NCBI GenBank assembly: GCA_013416795.1
Contig: RQSC01000018.1
Location: forward strand, 21,002 to 85,001
DNA from: Prasinococcaceae sp. CCMP 1430
Lineage: Eukaryota > Plantae > Prasinodermophyta
DNA length: 64,000 bases
Direction of reading: 5' to 3'
Under the pieces are notes generated by a model. That model was not told where the DNA came from, made no database searches, and saw only the letters and a program-made list of their open reading frames with translations. Positions 59,961-64,000 of this stretch are shown in pieces. The translations under genes and the position numbers were made by a program. How positions within the stretch are numbered: the stretch's first letter is position 1; the number at the start of each line of letters is the position of its first letter.

Positions 59961-61409
59961 ATGCACTCTGAGGCCGTCGGCGAGGCCGTCGGTGACGACG
60001 TTGGGGGTGGAGTAGGTGCGCTCGTGGGTGTGGTGGTGGGCGCGGCGGTAGGAAGATCGGAAGGCCGGGCGCGGCGCGACCTGCTGCTCGTGGCGTTCTG
60101 CTTCGTCGACGTGTTCGCCGCGGGGCTCGCCATCGGCGCGATCGGGCCGCAGATGAAGGAGATGGGGCTCGGCCCGGCGACGGCCGGCGCGGTCGGGTCG
60201 GTGTACGGCACGCTGCAGCTCGCGTCCGGCCCGCTGGCGGGGTGGGCGTCGGACGTCTTCGGGCGGCGGGCGGTGCTGTGCGGCTCGTGCGCCGGGATCT
60301 CGCTGGGGTACGCGCTCATGTCCGTCGCGGCGGTCGTGGCGCAAGGGACCGCCGGAGGCGGCACCTCCGCCGATGCCGGCGCTGCGGGAGGGCGCACCGC
60401 GAGCACGCTCGCGGTGGGGCTGCTCATAGCGGCGCGGGTGGTCACGGGCACGAGCAAGCACACGGCGGCCACCACCAAGGCACTCGCCGCCGATGCCACC
60501 CGCGGCGCGACCGGCGGGGCGCGCGCCGCGCTGCTGGGACGGATGAACATGGGGGCGTCGCTCGGCTACATGGTGTCGCCGCTCCTCGGAGCGCACATGC
60601 ACAGCGCGACAGGCACGTACGCGACGGCGGCGGCTGCCGCGGCGTTGTGCTTCGCGGCGCTCGTGCCCTTGGCGATCGCCCTCACCCGACCCGCGCCGCG
60701 CGCTGCCAGGAGTGGCCCCGTCGCGGAGGTGAGCGAGGCGGCGGATCGCTCGCTCGTGGGGCCCCTGCGCGGCATTGCGCGGCTGCTGAAGCAGCCACGC
60801 GTGCGCACCCTGTTCGCCGTGCGACTCCTACTGGGCGTAGGCGTGGCGGCGTTCCGCCAGGTGATGGGGCTGCTCTTCACGTATCACTTCGACCTCAACG
60901 CCACACAGCAAGGGTACGTCATCGCGGCTTTCTCGCTCTTCGGGGCGCTCGCCCAGGGCATCGGTGTGGGGCCCGTCCAGCGCGCGCTGGGCACGGAGCG
61001 CGCGTATGCCGCGGGCCTCGCGCTGCTCGCAGGCTGCTACGGCGCCATCGCGACGGTGCCCAGCCTGGTGACGTTCGTCGCAGTCGTCCCTGCCTCGGCG
61101 ATGGCAGCAGGCCTCGCGCGGCCGCTCGGTTCGGCGCTCCTCACGTCGGCCGCGCCGGGCACAGCGACCGGCCAGGCGCTGAGCGCAGCGGACGTCATAA
61201 TGAGCGCGGCCAGGGCTGTTGCGCCCGCCGCAGCGGGGCTCGCAGTCGCTGCGGCCCCCGAGGCGGCCGCGAGGGGCGTGCCTGCGCTCGCGGCCGTGTC
61301 AGTCGGAGCCGCTGCAGCCGTTGCGTATGTCGCGTTCGGCAACGGCGCCACCCGGGACGGCGACGGCAGCAAGCAGCGAGATGGAACCGACGCGAAGAAG
61401 ACTCGTTGA
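59961..61409 (+). CDS. MFS transporter (TetA/DHA1/MFSD9-like); true start uncertain
   Basis: GSVYGTLQL, motif A GWASDVFGRRAVL, ARVVTG.SKHT, LGYMVSPLLG, ARAVAPAAAG; about 12 hydrophobic segments. Confidence 0.85.
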   Translation: MHSEAVGEAVGDDVGGGVGALVGVVVGAAVGRSEGRARRDLLLVAFCFVDVFAAGLAIGAIGPQMKEMGLGPATAGAVGSVYGTLQLASGPLAGWASDVFGRRAVLCGSCAGISLGYALMSVAAVVAQGTAGGGTSADAGAAGGRTASTLAVGLLIAARVVTGTSKHTAATTKALAADATRGATGGARAALLGRMNMGASLGYMVSPLLGAHMHSATGTYATAAAAAALCFAALVPLAIALTRPAPRAARSGPVAEVSEAADRSLVGPLRGIARLLKQPRVRTLFAVRLLLGVGVAAFRQVMGLLFTYHFDLNATQQGYVIAAFSLFGALAQGIGVGPVQRALGTERAYAAGLALLAGCYGAIATVPSLVTFVAVVPASAMAAGLARPLGSALLTSAAPGTATGQALSAADVIMSAARAVAPAAAGLAVAAAPEAAARGVPALAAVSVGAAAAVAYVAFGNGATRDGDGSKQRDGTDAKKTR

Positions 61410-61551
61410 CGACAATGTAGTATCTATCCCTAGACTAGTCTGGGTTTAGCTCTAGCTCTCTAGCTCTCTAGCTCTATAGTAGCAACCGATTGTTGTCGAA
61501 ATGTGACTCCGTCGAGAGCGCGGCGCCGCCCCGCACGCGCCGCCCACACAT

Positions 61552-62364
61552 TCAGCCGAGGGGATCGTGTAGGTTCACGTCGGCCATCGCCCGCTGCACC
61601 TGCAGCTGTTGCTGCGCTCTGGCCGCCGCGACCGCCTCCTCCACCACCGCCACGACCTCGTCCGCCGCCACCGCATCTAACCCAATGACCGCACCATCCG
61701 CGACTGTCGCTGCCTGGTGTGCCATCCGCTCGGCGACCTCGTCCACAACCTCCTCCGCCGACGGGGTGGCGGCCGCCGTGGCGGGTTTCTCGCCGCTGGG
61801 CTCTCGCTTTTGCACGAGCGCCCCCACGGCCGCCACCGAGGTTAGTCCGAGTGCGGCAAGCGCAGTGGCACCCAGCTCGGGGGGCGGCGCCGCCCTGGTG
61901 CGCGTTGCGTCAACGCCCCGCGCGAGGGCCTCCTCGCGCGTCGCCTCGCCCTCACGCAGCGCGTCGGCCGCCGTCGCGTCCGCAGCATTCGCCGCCTCAG
62001 CCGCCTCGGACAGCGACGTGTCAAGCGACGCGAGGAGCGCGTCTACTACCGGCCGTAGCGCCTCGCGCGCGGTCTCCTCGCCGTCGGCCTCGCTGCTCGC
62101 TGCCTCGGCGGCGCCCTCCACCACAGTGGCCGCAGCGGCACGCAGCTCGTCGCCGAGCGAGTTGGCATCAGCGGCGGCGCGGCGCGCCGCATCTGCGCTA
62201 GCGCGCAATTCGGCGATCGCGGCGTCCAGCTCCACGAGCTCCGGCGCGGCTGCCACGGCGGCCGTGGCGTCGGCCTCACCACCGCGGCCGGGCCCGGCGG
62301 CGTCCAACCACGCCTCGGCAGCGAGCTGCGCGGCGGGAGGTGCCGCGAGCGACGCCGCGCGCAC
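61552..62364 (-). CDS. Ala/Glu-rich coiled-coil protein with one TM segment, 5'-truncated by gap
   Basis: Long open frame with heptad-like ELDAAIAELRASADAARR and TM ALAALGLTSVAAVGALV; no family recognised. Confidence 0.55.
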   Translation of the reverse strand: MRAASLAAPPAAQLAAEAWLDAAGPGRGGEADATAAVAAAPELVELDAAIAELRASADAARRAAADANSLGDELRAAAATVVEGAAEAASSEADGEETAREALRPVVDALLASLDTSLSEAAEAANAADATAADALREGEATREEALARGVDATRTRAAPPPELGATALAALGLTSVAAVGALVQKREPSGEKPATAAATPSAEEVVDEVAERMAHQAATVADGAVIGLDAVAADEVVAVVEEAVAAARAQQQLQVQRAMADVNLHDPLG

Positions 62365-62402
62365 GCGCGCCTCAGCGGCGCCGAGCCTAGTTCAGGCAGA
62401 GG

Positions 62403-63187
62403 NNNNNNNNNNNNNNNNNNNNNNNNNNNNNNNNNNNNNNNNNNNNNNNNNNNNNNNNNNNNNNNNNNNNNNNNNNNNNNNNNNNNNNNNNNNNNNNNNN
62501 NNNNNNNNNNNNNNNNNNNNNNNNNNNNNNNNNNNNNNNNNNNNNNNNNNNNNNNNNNNNNNNNNNNNNNNNNNNNNNNNNNNNNNNNNNNNNNNNNNNN
62601 NNNNNNNNNNNNNNNNNNNNNNNNNNNNNNNNNNNNNNNNNNNNNNNNNNNNNNNNNNNNNNNNNNNNNNNNNNNNNNNNNNNNNNNNNNNNNNNNNNNN
62701 NNNNNNNNNNNNNNNNNNNNNNNNNNNNNNNNNNNNNNNNNNNNNNNNNNNNNNNNNNNNNNNNNNNNNNNNNNNNNNNNNNNNNNNNNNNNNNNNNNNN
62801 NNNNNNNNNNNNNNNNNNNNNNNNNNNNNNNNNNNNNNNNNNNNNNNNNNNNNNNNNNNNNNNNNNNNNNNNNNNNNNNNNNNNNNNNNNNNNNNNNNNN
62901 NNNNNNNNNNNNNNNNNNNNNNNNNNNNNNNNNNNNNNNNNNNNNNNNNNNNNNNNNNNNNNNNNNNNNNNNNNNNNNNNNNNNNNNNNNNNNNNNNNNN
63001 NNNNNNNNNNNNNNNNNNNNNNNNNNNNNNNNNNNNNNNNNNNNNNNNNNNNNNNNNNNNNNNNNNNNNNNNNNNNNNNNNNNNNNNNNNNNNNNNNNNN
63101 NNNNNNNNNNNNNNNNNNNNNNNNNNNNNNNNNNNNNNNNNNNNNNNNNNNNNNNNNNNNNNNNNNNNNNNNNNNNNNNNNNNNNNN
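62403..63187. other. Assembly gap (N run), followed by poly(C) at 63189-63237
   Basis: Ns then about 49 C. Confidence 1.
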
Positions 63188-63188
63188 N

Positions 63189-63237
<49 letters not shown>

Positions 63238-63586
63238 TGGCCGCAAGCCCTCGGGCGCGGAGTCGGCCGCGCGACCGCAGCCAAGACCTCATCATCGCGC
63301 GTGTACAGCATTTGCCCAGCACACGGGCGACGTGGCGCCGAATCTGCATCCCAACCGGCGAATCTGCCGTGCGTCGCCGAGCGGGCCGCGCTCTCATTCT
63401 CATATGGGCGACGCGTCACATTTTACGAGAGGCCGGGGCGAACCTGTCGGGGTGGGCTTTGCTGTGGAAATGAAGTGGAATACGGAAAACGATATTTTCG
63501 TGCATCCGAGTATTTTTATTGCATTCGATGGGACGTCAGAGAATGCGGAATGGGATACGAAATGTACAGTACCACTTTTTCTATTT

Positions 63587-64000
63587 CTGCGCGCGCTGGC
63601 GGCCAAGCTCAACGTGCGCATGGCGGTCGCGCACTTGCGCGGCATTCCCTATTCGGGGCAGGTCGCGGTCAATCGTGAGAGCCTGCACCCGTTCCGTATG
63701 CCGGGCTCCCCGCTGGTCATGGCGCATAATGGTGACCTCGCCGATTTTGCGGCTATGCGCTATGATCTGGTCGAGCACATCCGGCCCGACATCCGCCGCG
63801 CCATCCCGGCGATGACCGACAGTGCCTGGCTGCACGCCCTGATCCTGTCCGGCCTGTCAGACCCTGCCGGCCCGTTTACTGCGGAGGAGATATTGGCGGC
63901 GGTGGAACGTGCGCTCACCATCATCCGCCAGGTGCGCGACCGGCTCGGCATCCGTCGCTCGTCATCGGTCAACCTCGCCATCGCCGATGGTCGCAATCTG
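63587..64000 (+). CDS. Class II glutamine amidotransferase (YafJ/EgtC-like) internal fragment, bacterial type; runs off the window end
   Basis: Manual translation: LRALAAKLNVRMAVAHLRG..VNRESLHPF..LVMAHNGDL..MRYDL..TDSAWLHAL..SSSVNLAIADGRNL. The N-terminal catalytic Cys region is absent. Confidence 0.85.
   Translation, partial: MRALAAKLNVRMAVAHLRGIPYSGQVAVNRESLHPFRMPGSPLVMAHNGDLADFAAMRYDLVEHIRPDIRRAIPAMTDSAWLHALILSGLSDPAGPFTAEEILAAVERALTIIRQVRDRLGIRRSSSVNLAIADGRNL

Noticed and set aside
61446-61480. TAGCTC(TC) short tandem repeat between convergent genes
   Set aside because: Simple low-copy microsatellite in a 3' UTR; no functional evidence.
266-63996. Hundreds of Arg/Ala/Pro-rich ORFs, including long antisense ORFs over dynein and the fibre gene (e.g. 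10651-11889, 54687-56072, 46071-49349)
   Set aside because: Expected shadows of high GC and GC3-biased sense codons; no recognisable motifs; several run through N gaps.

Overview
Eukaryotic nuclear DNA, very GC-rich (roughly 70% by eye) and gene-dense. Short GT-AG introns with CTGAC-type branch points, TGTAA poly(A)-type signals, plastid genes and an axonemal dynein point to an early-diverging (prasinophyte-grade) green alga; this identity is inferred. About 23 genes can be read. In order: a PotD-like ENF2 solute-binding protein, a 52-aa spliced Cys microprotein, an inner-arm dynein heavy chain, CYP97B, a sulfotransferase, an SDR, AAR2, a C2-like RRxS-rich protein, an M8 leishmanolysin-like protease, a kinase-less EDR1-domain protein, VAMP7, FAAH amidase, a RING protein, PCH2/TRIP13, a PHT4 transporter, LSM7 (partial), an SMPD4-like protein, two head-to-head CCT-domain genes, a phage-tail-fibre-like protein, an MFS transporter, an Ala-rich partial ORF and a bacterial-type class II glutamine amidotransferase fragment. 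The most striking element is 53603-58080 (-). It encodes at least 1489 aa of Gly/Ser/Ala beta-repeats with an N-terminal PPC-like domain, a low-GC marine-phage-like fibre module and an intact C-terminal peptidase S74 intramolecular chaperone (SSDQRLK), with a splice acceptor at its 5' end. This suggests a domesticated, modularly shuffled, self-cleaving trimeric fibre. The assembly is imperfect: three N-gaps, single-N joins, and a perfect 164-bp tandem duplication in the dynein gene.
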